NCBI GenBank assembly: GCA_019634005.1
Contig: JAHQWD010000002.1
Span: 30,969-94,968, forward strand
Direction of reading: 5' to 3'
Origin: Candidatus Kaiserbacteria bacterium
Lineage (GTDB): Bacteria; Patescibacteriota; Minisyncoccia; Phycocordibacterales; UBA918
Length of the DNA stretch: 64,000 nt
A model generated the notes under the pieces. It saw only the letters and a list, made by a program, of their open reading frames with translations. It was not told the origin of the DNA and ran no database searches. Positions 9,479 to 18,213 of this stretch are shown piece after piece (position 1 is the stretch's first letter; each line of letters starts with the position of its first letter). A program made the position numbers and the translations under genes.

Positions 9479-9581
9479 TTGTTTTCTCCTTGTGAGGGCG
9501 ATTCACCACCTGGTGAATACTTTTATACCCTCACTTTCTAATTATAGTATATCATCTATAGACACTTCTGTCAAGTAATTT

Positions 9582-9830
9582 CTATCGTATTCTCTGAAAT
9601 ATGGCTCTATGTAAGCGTAGAATACGCTTAAACACCCGTGTAGACGCTACCCACCGCTCTATAGGCTCTAATACACCACAGAGAATAAGGGCTAGTACGA
9701 GTAAAAAGAGCCCCAGAAGCACCTCAACCGTCGCTTCAAGCCCATAGAGGGCATAGGTAGTACTTGATATAAACGCAGACGGAATCACAATCGTTACATA
9801 CGCAGCCGCTTTCAGGACACTCTTTGTCAT
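9582..9830 (-). CDS. small membrane protein
   Basis: RBS GGAGG, two hydrophobic segments. Confidence 0.6.
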   Translation of the reverse strand: MTKSVLKAAAYVTIVIPSAFISSTTYALYGLEATVEVLLGLFLLVLALILCGVLEPIERWVASTRVFKRILRLHRAIFQRIR

Positions 9831-9874
9831 TGTGCCTCCATTGTATACCGCATCCAAAGAAAAAGGCGTCCGTA

Positions 9875-10210
9875 TCAACAGACGCCTCCTGGATACATCG
9901 GTATCCACTTCTTTGGATGGGATACGCCGTAACGCACCCGCAGATAGTGTCGGAGGGACCAGTCATTAACAATCTGACACACCCTCTGCCAACACTTTCG
10001 TATGAACTCTCGGTGTATGCCAACACGTATAGCAATCAGCAAATACGTGCCGATAAACACCGAGTATTGCAGGAGCCACAAAGCAACCAGAACGCAGAGT
10101 AGTATCTGCATCAGCCCGAAGTTCTGATAGAGCCACACAGAAATTCCTGCCGTACTTGCCCATGGACCGAGAACAAGTACAAGAAAAAACGAATGGATTC
10201 TCTCTAACAT
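9875..10210 (-). CDS. hypothetical membrane protein
   Basis: RBS AAGGGGAGAG, hydrophobic helices. Confidence 0.6.
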   Translation of the reverse strand: MLERIHSFFLVLVLGPWASTAGISVWLYQNFGLMQILLCVLVALWLLQYSVFIGTYLLIAIRVGIHREFIRKCWQRVCQIVNDWSLRHYLRVRYGVSHPKKWIPMYPGGVC

Positions 10211-10257
10211 GTTCTCTCCCCTTATTTGATCAGCCGACCAAAATCCTACCACAAAAC

Positions 10258-10283
10258 AAAAAAGCCCCCAAGGGGGCTTTTTT
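10258..10283 (-). terminator. intrinsic terminator after rplB
   Basis: AAAAAAGCCCCC-AA-GGGGGCTTTTTT. Confidence 0.75.
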
Positions 10284-10297
10284 GATAAGAAATATCT

Positions 10298-11158
10298 CTA
10301 TTTCTTTGAAGTCATAAGCTTACCTGGCTTACGACGAGATACGATAAGTCGATCAGAGTACTTCTTCGGCTTACGTGTCTTTTGTCCCTTACCAGTAGGG
10401 CGACCCTGCTTGGTACGCTGACGACGATGTCCTCGTGGTGAGCGTCCCTCTCCACCTCCGTGTGGGTGGTCTACCGGGTTACGTGCTGCTCCACGTGTCT
10501 TCGGACGAAGACCCATGTGACGTGCACGTCCTGCCTTACCAATAGTGACGAGCTGGTGCTCTTCGTTAGACACCTCTCCGACGGTTGCCCATGCGGTAGA
10601 GATAACCTTACGAATCTCAGTAGATGGCAGCCTGATCTGCGTATATCCAGAGTCATGCGCTACTACCTCAGCACGGTTTCCTGCAGAACGCACGAGACGT
10701 GCACCTGCGTTTGGCTTAAGCTCGATGTTGTACACGAAGGTACCTGAAGGAATCTTGCCAAGCGGAAGACGGTTTCCTGTCTTCGGCTTTGCCTCCTCTG
10801 ACACCTCAAAGGTGTCTCCTACCTTCATGTCCTGTGGTGCAAGGATGTATCGTCGTTCTCCATCTGCATAGAGTACGAGTGCGATGAATCCTGAGCGATT
10901 TGGATCGTACTCGATAGATTCAATCTTCGCTGGTACACCCTTCTTGTCGAACTTAAAGTCGATCTGTCGGTAGGTACGTTTGTTACCTGCACCACGGTAG
11001 TGGGTGGTAATACGTCCCTGACTGTTACGTCCACCGGTAGATCGCTTACCCTTCGTAAGTGACTTAAGCGGCTTGTTTTTCGTAGTTGAGAGTTTCTCGC
11101 GGTAATCGATAACACTTGCTCCACGACGGCCGGCTGATGTTGGTTTGTATTTTTTCAT
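10298..11158 (-). CDS. rplB: 50S ribosomal protein L2
   Basis: IEYDPNRS...NPVDHPHGGGEG. Confidence 0.98.
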   Translation of the reverse strand: MKKYKPTSAGRRGASVIDYREKLSTTKNKPLKSLTKGKRSTGGRNSQGRITTHYRGAGNKRTYRQIDFKFDKKGVPAKIESIEYDPNRSGFIALVLYADGERRYILAPQDMKVGDTFEVSEEAKPKTGNRLPLGKIPSGTFVYNIELKPNAGARLVRSAGNRAEVVAHDSGYTQIRLPSTEIRKVISTAWATVGEVSNEEHQLVTIGKAGRARHMGLRPKTRGAARNPVDHPHGGGEGRSPRGHRRQRTKQGRPTGKGQKTRKPKKYSDRLIVSRRKPGKLMTSKK

Positions 11159-11168
11159 ACGTTTTTAC

Positions 11169-11522
11169 TTAGGCAAGCGTAATAGTGTCTCCCTCCTTGA
11201 GGTAGACATACGCTTTCTTAAGCCCTTTAACACCAATAACTCGACCTTTTGTTCGCTTCATAACACGGCGTGGCTGCTGCGTTACCGTACGCACCTTCAC
11301 CGGTGTTACTCCGTAGAGTTCCTTTACTGCATCCCGTACGTCGTATTTAGACGCATCACGACGAATCTCAAAGGTATATACATTGTTGTCTACACCAAGG
11401 AGCGCCTTCTCCGTCACACGAGGACGAATGATCACTCCAGAGATATCACGTGGCGCTACAGCGCGCGGTGCCTCTTTCTTCTCTACGGTCTTCTCTTCTT
11501 TCTTAGATCCAAAGATTCCCAT
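11169..11522 (-). CDS. rplW: 50S ribosomal protein L23
   Basis: IIRPRVTEKA...KKAYVYL. Confidence 0.95.
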   Translation of the reverse strand: MGIFGSKKEEKTVEKKEAPRAVAPRDISGVIIRPRVTEKALLGVDNNVYTFEIRRDASKYDVRDAVKELYGVTPVKVRTVTQQPRRVMKRTKGRVIGVKGLKKAYVYLKEGDTITLA

Positions 11523-11527
11523 ACGCG

Positions 11528-12208
11528 TTATTTAGCCTTTGCGGAAGATCCAACACGAGTCTCGAAGATTTCGAGCGCCGCTTCTGGCTCTGCCACAATG
11601 ACGTACTTAAAGGTGAGTAAATCGACCGGGTTAATGTCCTTTGCTTGAGACACTACCACGTTTCCAAAGTTACGGAAACTACGTTCTACGTTCTCATCAC
11701 GTGATGGAAGAACGATAAGTGCAGCATTCTTTCGCTTTGTGGAAAGCATCTCAGACCCCTTGATGCTACCGAGAGCAGTGATGACGTTCTTCGCATCAGC
11801 TGCCTTTGGTGCCTCAAATCCGAATGCATCCACGAAGAGAATCTCCTTGTCTGCGTTCTTCTTAGAAAGTACGGTTGCAAGCGCCTTGGCACGCACCTTC
11901 TTGTTGATCTTCTTGCTGTAGTCCTTTTCAGAGAGTGGTCCATGGGTGACTCCTCCTCCTGTCCAGATTGGAGAACGACGAGATCCGTGACGCGCACGTC
12001 CAGTACCCTTCTGCTTCCACGGCTTCTTTCCTCCACCGCGAACCTCAGAACGGTCCTTCGCATCTGCTGTCCCCGCACGTGCGTTCGACTGCATAGATAC
12101 CACCACCTCGTGAACGAGGTCTGCGTTCCATGCCACGTCAAACACCTCCTTTGGCAAAGTGATATCACTCACTTTCTTTCCTTCAATAGAGTATACGTTT
12201 GCTTTCAT
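11528..12208 (-). CDS. rplD: 50S ribosomal protein L4
   Basis: KPWKQKGTGRARHGS. Confidence 0.98.
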   Translation of the reverse strand: MKANVYSIEGKKVSDITLPKEVFDVAWNADLVHEVVVSMQSNARAGTADAKDRSEVRGGGKKPWKQKGTGRARHGSRRSPIWTGGGVTHGPLSEKDYSKKINKKVRAKALATVLSKKNADKEILFVDAFGFEAPKAADAKNVITALGSIKGSEMLSTKRKNAALIVLPSRDENVERSFRNFGNVVVSQAKDINPVDLLTFKYVIVAEPEAALEIFETRVGSSAKAK

Positions 12209-12211
12209 ATG

Positions 12212-12832
12212 CTAGATGCTACGAACTTCGACTAATGTTCCCTTTCGACCTGGTACGGCTCCTGATACCACGAGGACATTGTCCTCTGTGTTCACCTGAA
12301 GCACTTTAAGATTCTTTACACTGACGCGGTCACTTCCCATGCGTCCCGCCATACGTGTTCCTTTTTGCACCCGCTGGATGCCTCCAATACCGATAGATCC
12401 CGGCGCACGAAGGGTATGCTTCTGTCCGTGAGATCCAGGACCTCCACCGAAGTTGTATCGTTTTACAACTCCCTGGAATCCCTTACCCTTTGAAACCGCA
12501 GAAACCACAATCTGGTCACCTGGCTCAAAGACGGATGCATCCATAGTCTGTCCTACTTCCATTCCTTCGATGTTCTCATCGAAGTTAGTACGTGGACGAA
12601 ACTCCTTCATGAACTTCGCCGCTCCTCCCTCGATACCACGCTGTGCTTTCGCTACACGTGACTCTTTCTGAGGAACAGTCGCGATCTGTACGGCATCATA
12701 CCCATCCTTCTCTGTACCCTTCACCTGCGTGATAGTTGCAGGGGATACCCGGAGGATGGTCGCAGCCATAACCTCTCCGTCTTCGTTGAAGACTTGGGTC
12801 ATGCGCTCCTTAGTACCGACAATGAATTTCAT
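12212..12832 (-). CDS. rplC: 50S ribosomal protein L3
   Basis: SKGKGFQGVVKR...GRMG. Confidence 0.98.
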   Translation of the reverse strand: MKFIVGTKERMTQVFNEDGEVMAATILRVSPATITQVKGTEKDGYDAVQIATVPQKESRVAKAQRGIEGGAAKFMKEFRPRTNFDENIEGMEVGQTMDASVFEPGDQIVVSAVSKGKGFQGVVKRYNFGGGPGSHGQKHTLRAPGSIGIGGIQRVQKGTRMAGRMGSDRVSVKNLKVLQVNTEDNVLVVSGAVPGRKGTLVEVRSI

Positions 12833-12983
12833 TACTGAATATGTCTTTGTGACTTATAAAAGCTTTCAAGTGACCTCCAAAACAAAAACCGCATATAGCG
12901 GAGCACAAGCTCACGAATATACGCGGTCTTTGTGCCCATTGGTCCGTCCGTAAACGTACGTAGGTCTTTTAAAAGCTGTGGGC

Positions 12984-13011
12984 AGTATACGGGTATTTGG
13001 GGAGATTGCAA
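12984..13011 (-). promoter_or_regulatory. sigma70 promoter of the rplC-rplB unit
   Basis: TTGCAA-16 bp-TATACT. Confidence 0.7.
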
Positions 13012-13112
13012 GCTTTGAGCTTATGCGTATCCCCGTGCGAAAGAAGTCCTACACACAAACTCCCAAAGCCGTAACCGTGAAATAATATCTGTGGCATCAT
13101 TAGTATACAAAA

Positions 13113-13143
13113 GTCCCTTGAACACGCGAAGTGTCCAAGGGAC
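13113..13143 (-). other. stem-loop downstream of the putative DGR variable region (may also act as terminator)
   Basis: GTCCCTTGGACAC-TTCGC-GTGTTCAAGGGAC, preceded by short CTTTG-type repeats after the stop codon. Confidence 0.65.
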
Positions 13144-13170
13144 AAAGGGTCAAAGACCAAAGTGCAGAGG

Positions 13171-13767
13171 TCAGACGGTCTGTTGCTGAACCACCAGACG
13201 ACGGCGGTCGCCCGCGCCCCAGACGCCGTCGTAAGCAAAGCATTCCACGCTCGCCCTGAGCTTGCCAACGTACACGCAGACGCGGGCGACAAACAGCTCA
13301 CCGTTTACCTCAAAAAGGAAGAACGTGCCGCAACCTTCTTGCCGAAGTGAGTAGCGATGATTGCGACAGAACTCGACAATCTGCCCTTGATGCAGAACGA
13401 GTTTACACGGATCGCCATGTGATTCAAACAGCTGTTTGAACGTGCCGTTGCGTGTCATTTCATGCACGTCAACAGCGGTCTCGGGAGTGTCTTTGCCGGG
13501 AACATTGGTGCCCCAGTTTCTGAAGTCACCGTCGAGGTAGCCCGTAAAGACGTCAGTCGCTTCGGCGAGCGTCGTCTCGCCCCTGGTCGGAGCGAGAGTG
13601 ACGGTTCTGAGGTGGCGAGTGTATTCCCGTTCTTCTTCCGCCGCAAGACCGGAAAGAAATTTTTTCAACCCTTTCGGGTTGTCAATCCACCCCTGCATTA
13701 CACCCGAAGACATGGCCGGCACATTCTCAAACATGCAGGCCCAGAATTTCATCTCTTGCTTACTCAT
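13171..13767 (-). CDS. putative DGR target (variable) protein
   Basis: C-terminus FVARVCVYVGKLRASVECFAYDGVWGAGDRRRLVV with NNC codons at alternating positions; purine-rich RBS; GC-rich relative to the flanks. Confidence 0.7.
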   Translation of the reverse strand: MSKQEMKFWACMFENVPAMSSGVMQGWIDNPKGLKKFLSGLAAEEEREYTRHLRTVTLAPTRGETTLAEATDVFTGYLDGDFRNWGTNVPGKDTPETAVDVHEMTRNGTFKQLFESHGDPCKLVLHQGQIVEFCRNHRYSLRQEGCGTFFLFEVNGELFVARVCVYVGKLRASVECFAYDGVWGAGDRRRLVVQQQTV

Positions 13768-13859
13768 GACGTTTTTTCCTTTCCAGGATTTCGTCGTTGA
13801 CAAAATACTCTAAACTACTTTTTGGTATACTATATCTACAGAAGTTTGTCAAACACAAC

Positions 13860-13883
13860 AAAACCCGCCAAACGGCGGGTTTT
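13860..13883 (-). terminator. intrinsic terminator after rpsJ
   Basis: AAAACCCGCC-AAAC-GGCGGGTTTT. Confidence 0.75.
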
Positions 13884-13903
13884 GTCTACTGTGACAACAA
13901 TCC

Positions 13904-14260
13904 TTACATCATCTTCACGTCAATGTTGACGCCAGATGGCAAAGAAAGATTAGTGAGTGCCTCAACGACTTTCGCACTCGGATTCAAGATATCGATAACA
14001 CGCTTGTGCATTCGCATCTCGAATTGTTCTCGCGCATCTTTGTACACGAATGTTGAACGATTCACCGTATATTTCTTAATCTCAGTGGGAAGCGGGATTG
14101 GACCAACAACCTTCGCGTCAAAACGCATAGCGGTGTCGATAATCTGCTTTACTGAGGCATCAAGAATTTTGTGCTCGTACGCACGGACTCGAATCCGGAG
14201 TTTATTGATGTCCCCAGGCATCGCGTCCTTCTTTGCTTTAGTGTCTGTTTTTGTTGTCAT
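13904..14260 (-). CDS. rpsJ: 30S ribosomal protein S10
   Basis: GPIPLPT...[16 protein letters not shown]. Confidence 0.97.
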   Translation of the reverse strand: MTTKTDTKAKKDAMPGDINKLRIRVRAYEHKILDASVKQIIDTAMRFDAKVVGPIPLPTEIKKYTVNRSTFVYKDAREQFEMRMHKRVIDILNPSAKVVEALTNLSLPSGVNIDVKMM

Positions 14261-14286
14261 AGATCAGTTTTGTTTGAGTCTTCGCC

Positions 14287-15477
14287 TTACGCGATAATCT
14301 TTGTTACCACTCCAGCTCCAACAGTCTTACCACCCTCACGGATAGCGAAGTTCTTCTGCTCCTCGAGCGCAATTGGCGCTACAAGTTTCACCTTAAAGGT
14401 TGCAGTGTCTCCTGGCATAACCATCTCTGTTCCCTCGGCAAGCGTAACGTCTCCTGTTACGTCTGTCGTTCCGATGTAGAACTGTGGCTTGTATCCAGAG
14501 AAGAATGGTGTGTGACGACCTCCTTCGTCCTTACCAAGTACGTATACCTCAGCCTCGAACTCTGTGTGCGGAGTGATAGATCCCTTCGCAGCAAGTACCT
14601 GTCCTCGGTGTACGTCCTCCTTCTTAGTTCCGCGGAGAAGAATTCCCGCGTTGTCTCCAGCCTGTGCAGAATCTAGAGACTTGTTGAACATCTCAACACC
14701 AGTAACGGTGGTGACGGTAGTATCCTTGATACCAACGATCTCTACTTCGTCTCCAACCTTAACCTGACCGCGCTCTACACGACCAGTTACTACTGTTCCA
14801 CGTCCTTCAATTGAGAAGATGTCCTCAATTGGCATAAGGAATGGCTTGTCGAGCTCTCGCTCTGGCTCTGGGAAGTACTCATCCATCGCATCTACAAGCT
14901 CAATAACCTTCGCTCCCCAGTCGCCTGCAGGCTCCTCAAGCGCCTTAAGTCCTGAACCCTTGATGATTGGTGCATTCTCACCATCAAATCCGTTTGCAGT
15001 AAGAAGCTCACGAAGCTCCTCCTCTACGAGCATTACCATCTCCTCATCGTCAACCATGTCGGTCTTGTTAAGGAATACGATAATCTTTGGTACTCCAACC
15101 TGCTTTGCAAGAAGTACGTGCTCACGAGTCTGAGGCATCGCTCCATCAGTCGCAGCTACTACGAGTACCGCACCATCCATCTGTGCAGCACCAGTGATCA
15201 TGTTCTTGATGTAGTCGGCGTGACCTGGCGCATCGATGTGCGCGTAGTGACGCTTTGGTGTCTCGTACTCAGAGTGAGAAAGAGAAATAGTAATACCACG
15301 CGCCTTCTCCTCTGGCGCCTTGTCAATGTCTCCAACGTCCTTAAGGTTTGCGGCGTAGCCGTCTCCCTTTGCGTTGAGCACATTTAGAATTGCGGCAGTA
15401 AGCGTAGTCTTACCGTGGTCAACGTGACCAATAGTTCCTACGTTTACGTGCGGCTTTGAACGATCAAAATCTGCCAT
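14287..15477 (-). CDS. tuf: elongation factor Tu
   Basis: [29 protein letters not shown]. Confidence 0.99.
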   Translation of the reverse strand: MADFDRSKPHVNVGTIGHVDHGKTTLTAAILNVLNAKGDGYAANLKDVGDIDKAPEEKARGITISLSHSEYETPKRHYAHIDAPGHADYIKNMITGAAQMDGAVLVVAATDGAMPQTREHVLLAKQVGVPKIIVFLNKTDMVDDEEMVMLVEEELRELLTANGFDGENAPIIKGSGLKALEEPAGDWGAKVIELVDAMDEYFPEPERELDKPFLMPIEDIFSIEGRGTVVTGRVERGQVKVGDEVEIVGIKDTTVTTVTGVEMFNKSLDSAQAGDNAGILLRGTKKEDVHRGQVLAAKGSITPHTEFEAEVYVLGKDEGGRHTPFFSGYKPQFYIGTTDVTGDVTLAEGTEMVMPGDTATFKVKLVAPIALEEQKNFAIREGGKTVGAGVVTKIIA

Positions 15478-15668
15478 ATTCGTAAATAATTTAGCTTATA
15501 TTCTATCCGCACCGTACTGCCATTGTATTAAATGGAGGTACGTATGGAGTGGTAAGGGCGCGAGAACGCAGTGCCTTACCGCTACATACATAAATTCGAT
15601 AAAGAGCGATGCTCCTCACCGACCCTCTACACGCCAAAAAGCGCATAAAGAGCGATGCGGTGTCCGCC

Positions 15669-15697
15669 ATGGTACATGAGTGCGCCATATTTTGCAA
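15669..15697 (-). promoter_or_regulatory. sigma70 promoter of tuf-rpsJ
   Basis: TTGCAA-17 bp-TACCAT. Confidence 0.65.
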
Positions 15698-15738
15698 TAC
15701 CAAAAAGCCGCGCCGATGTGGCGCGACTTTATTCATTG

Positions 15739-16218
15739 TCAGTGAACGAGCTTCGTTTCCTCGGCATGCTGAACGAGAAGGGTATCGAAAAGCTTTTGCT
15801 CTGCCGCAAAGGCATCCTCGAGTACTTCGTACTCGCCAGCAATAGTGCTTTCAGTAGACACGTGCACTTCTTGCTCTGTGTGAAGCAGTGCATGGTGTGC
15901 GTCTTGAGGAACGCGACCGCAGATACACGGTGAGCCAGTGTTGAACTGCTCCATCCAATGCGTCAGTTTCGGGCACTGCTTGCCCGAAACACGCGCTGCG
16001 ATGATTACTGAGAAATACGGGTCTTTGCTGTTCGACCCATATGCGACAATCAGTCGCGTCACGGGAATTCCCAGCAAACGAACACTTGTTCCGTGAATCC
16101 CAACAGATCCGTGTATCTGGTACCAGCCCTCGTGCCTAAATGCAAACAGGGCGAGGGTACTTTTCATCGTTCTGAAGCTTGGCGTTACCACCAGAGCCTT
16201 CTTTCCGTCGAACGGCAT
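15739..16218 (-). CDS. hypothetical protein
   Basis: 159 aa ORF, RBS AAGGGAGAG, promoter TTGTCA-17-TAGTAT, hairpin downstream. Confidence 0.65.
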   Translation of the reverse strand: MPFDGKKALVVTPSFRTMKSTLALFAFRHEGWYQIHGSVGIHGTSVRLLGIPVTRLIVAYGSNSKDPYFSVIIAARVSGKQCPKLTHWMEQFNTGSPCICGRVPQDAHHALLHTEQEVHVSTESTIAGEYEVLEDAFAAEQKLFDTLLVQHAEETKLVH

Positions 16219-16341
16219 GACACTCTCCCTTTTCTGTTTTACCGTAGTTTATACTACACCCAGATCTGTTATTTGACAATAACTCTTATACACTGTCTAA
16301 AATACACCGTATTGATTTTGTCTTTTGATACAATTGAGGGA

Positions 16342-17466
16342 ATGCTTAAAAGTCTTCTCAAAAAGATACGTTCAAAAAAGAAATACGAGCGGCTTATAAA
16401 GGTGGTGATCGATAGTGCGGCAATCAAGCATAATCTCTCTGTATTCCAGACACAGTACAATGTCGCTGTCGCTCCAGTACTGAAGAGTAATGCGTACGGA
16501 CACGGTCTCGTTGAGATAGGAAACATAGTAGACACAGAAGAGATTCCTTTTATTTGTGTCGACACGTTCTTTGAGGCACTCACACTCCGCAGTAGTGGTA
16601 TACAAAAACCCATTCTCATCATCGGCTACACACCCCATGAGACAATCGTGCACAATAAACTGAGAAACACTTCTTTTGCAGTCATAAGTCTTGAAGAGCT
16701 TAAACGACTTGCCACTTCAAAAAAACCCGCTTCAATACACCTCAAGATAGACACAGGCATGCATCGCCACGGTGTCCATGTTGAAGAACTCCATGAAGCC
16801 CTTAATCTCATTGCACACTCTTCGCTTATACTCGAAGGTGTCTACACACACCTTGCAGATGCAGACACCAAAGGTTCTACACTTACCGATACGCAGATTG
16901 ATGCGTGGAATACTGCGGTACAGACCATACGATCCCACATCCCAACCGTCACATACTTCCACTGCGGACACTCTGCGGGAAGTTTCTATTCCAAGCATAT
17001 AGATGCTAATGGTATTCGCTTGGGAATTGGGCTCTACGGAGTCAATGTCGGACTTGATGACCTAGATCTCAAACCAGCGTTAGAGATGAAGACAAGAATC
17101 ACCAGTATCAAAACGCTCAAACAAGGAGAAACCATCGGGTACAATGGCACCTTTACCGCAGAAAAAGACATGCGTGTGGCAACAATCCCTGTTGGATATA
17201 ACGAGGGACTTGACCGAAGACTTTCAAATAAAGGGAGTGTGTTAGTACACGGAACAGTCTGCCCTATTCTTGGAAGAGTTAACATGAATATCACGTCTAT
17301 TGATGTATCCCAGATCCCAGACATTAAACTCGATGATGAAGTGACCATCATTAGTGGTGACAAGACACAGCCAAACTCCATAGAGCACCTGGCAAAGCTT
17401 TGCGAAACTATCCCCTATGAACTCCTTGTTCATATACAGAGTACTCTCTACAGGAAAGTTATATAA
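16342..17466 (+). CDS. alr: alanine racemase
   Basis: VLKSNAYGHG (PLP lysine), IDTGMHRHG, IPVGYNEG, ETIPYEL. Confidence 0.95.
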   Translation: MLKSLLKKIRSKKKYERLIKVVIDSAAIKHNLSVFQTQYNVAVAPVLKSNAYGHGLVEIGNIVDTEEIPFICVDTFFEALTLRSSGIQKPILIIGYTPHETIVHNKLRNTSFAVISLEELKRLATSKKPASIHLKIDTGMHRHGVHVEELHEALNLIAHSSLILEGVYTHLADADTKGSTLTDTQIDAWNTAVQTIRSHIPTVTYFHCGHSAGSFYSKHIDANGIRLGIGLYGVNVGLDDLDLKPALEMKTRITSIKTLKQGETIGYNGTFTAEKDMRVATIPVGYNEGLDRRLSNKGSVLVHGTVCPILGRVNMNITSIDVSQIPDIKLDDEVTIISGDKTQPNSIEHLAKLCETIPYELLVHIQSTLYRKVI

Positions 17467-17520
17467 ATCAAAAAGCCGTCTTCTTTCGAGAGACGGCTCT
17501 TCAAGAACTCGGTACAAAAC

Positions 17521-18120
17521 TTAGAACTTGTACTTGATCGCCACCTGAACAGTTGTGGTATCACCGAAGATGCCCACCTCTGTTCCAACTTCAAACGGCA
17601 GGGATTTCACGTTCATCCACACCTGTGGTTGGGCGACATTCGGGGCATTGTGCCGTATCCGAACGAAACCCGAGGTATAGATGTCGATGTTATCCGTCAG
17701 TCGGACATTCTCCGACAACCATGCGAACTTAACCTGTGCTCGATCGCCAGCATCATGCGTTACCGCAGGATACCAAGTGGCTCTTACGAACTTCATTCCC
17801 GGAACTGAGAGTTGGATACCAGCCCCAGCTTTGACGGTGAAGCCGCCGTTGGTGGCGCCAACCTCCGTCGAAGCGAAAGCGTATTTGCTCAGAGAGCAAT
17901 CGACGACGTGGTTTGTGAAGAAGTCCTTCGACGTGTTCGTGACATAGAGATCAACGAACCCGAAACCTCCGCATGTGCCTTTTTTCCAGGCGTATTCGGG
18001 AGTAACGGTCGTGAGACCGCCGTTGTTCACCGCCTGTAGTATATGAACGTCCCCCACAAGGAAGTCATCTGCGTAGACTGGTGTGGCAAGTAGCATTAGT
18101 GCCAAAGAGCTTTTTAACAC
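17521..18120 (-). CDS. secreted beta-strand protein resembling an outer-membrane barrel (DUF5020/Tsx-like)
   Basis: GTG start after GAGGAGG; signal peptide ending PVYA; alternating amphipathic strands, QPQVW, EVGTEV; terminal IKYKF. Confidence 0.6.
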   Translation of the reverse strand: MLKSSLALMLLATPVYADDFLVGDVHILQAVNNGGLTTVTPEYAWKKGTCGGFGFVDLYVTNTSKDFFTNHVVDCSLSKYAFASTEVGATNGGFTVKAGAGIQLSVPGMKFVRATWYPAVTHDAGDRAQVKFAWLSENVRLTDNIDIYTSGFVRIRHNAPNVAQPQVWMNVKSLPFEVGTEVGIFGDTTTVQVAIKYKF

Positions 18121-18182
18121 GCGATCCTCCTCTTTTTGATTGCGCTGTCCCTCGTATAATAACACACTGATAACCTCATGTC

Positions 18183-18210
18183 AAAAAAGACCCCTTTCGG
18201 GGTCTTTTTT
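18183..18210 (-). terminator. intrinsic terminator after fusA
   Basis: AAAAAAGACCCC-TTTC-GGGGTCTTTTTT. Confidence 0.8.
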
Positions 18211-18213
18211 GAC

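Noticed and set aside
12969-13301. 110-aa ORF overlapping the DGR-target end
   Set aside because: Overlaps another gene, the hairpin and the rplC promoter; no recognisable motif
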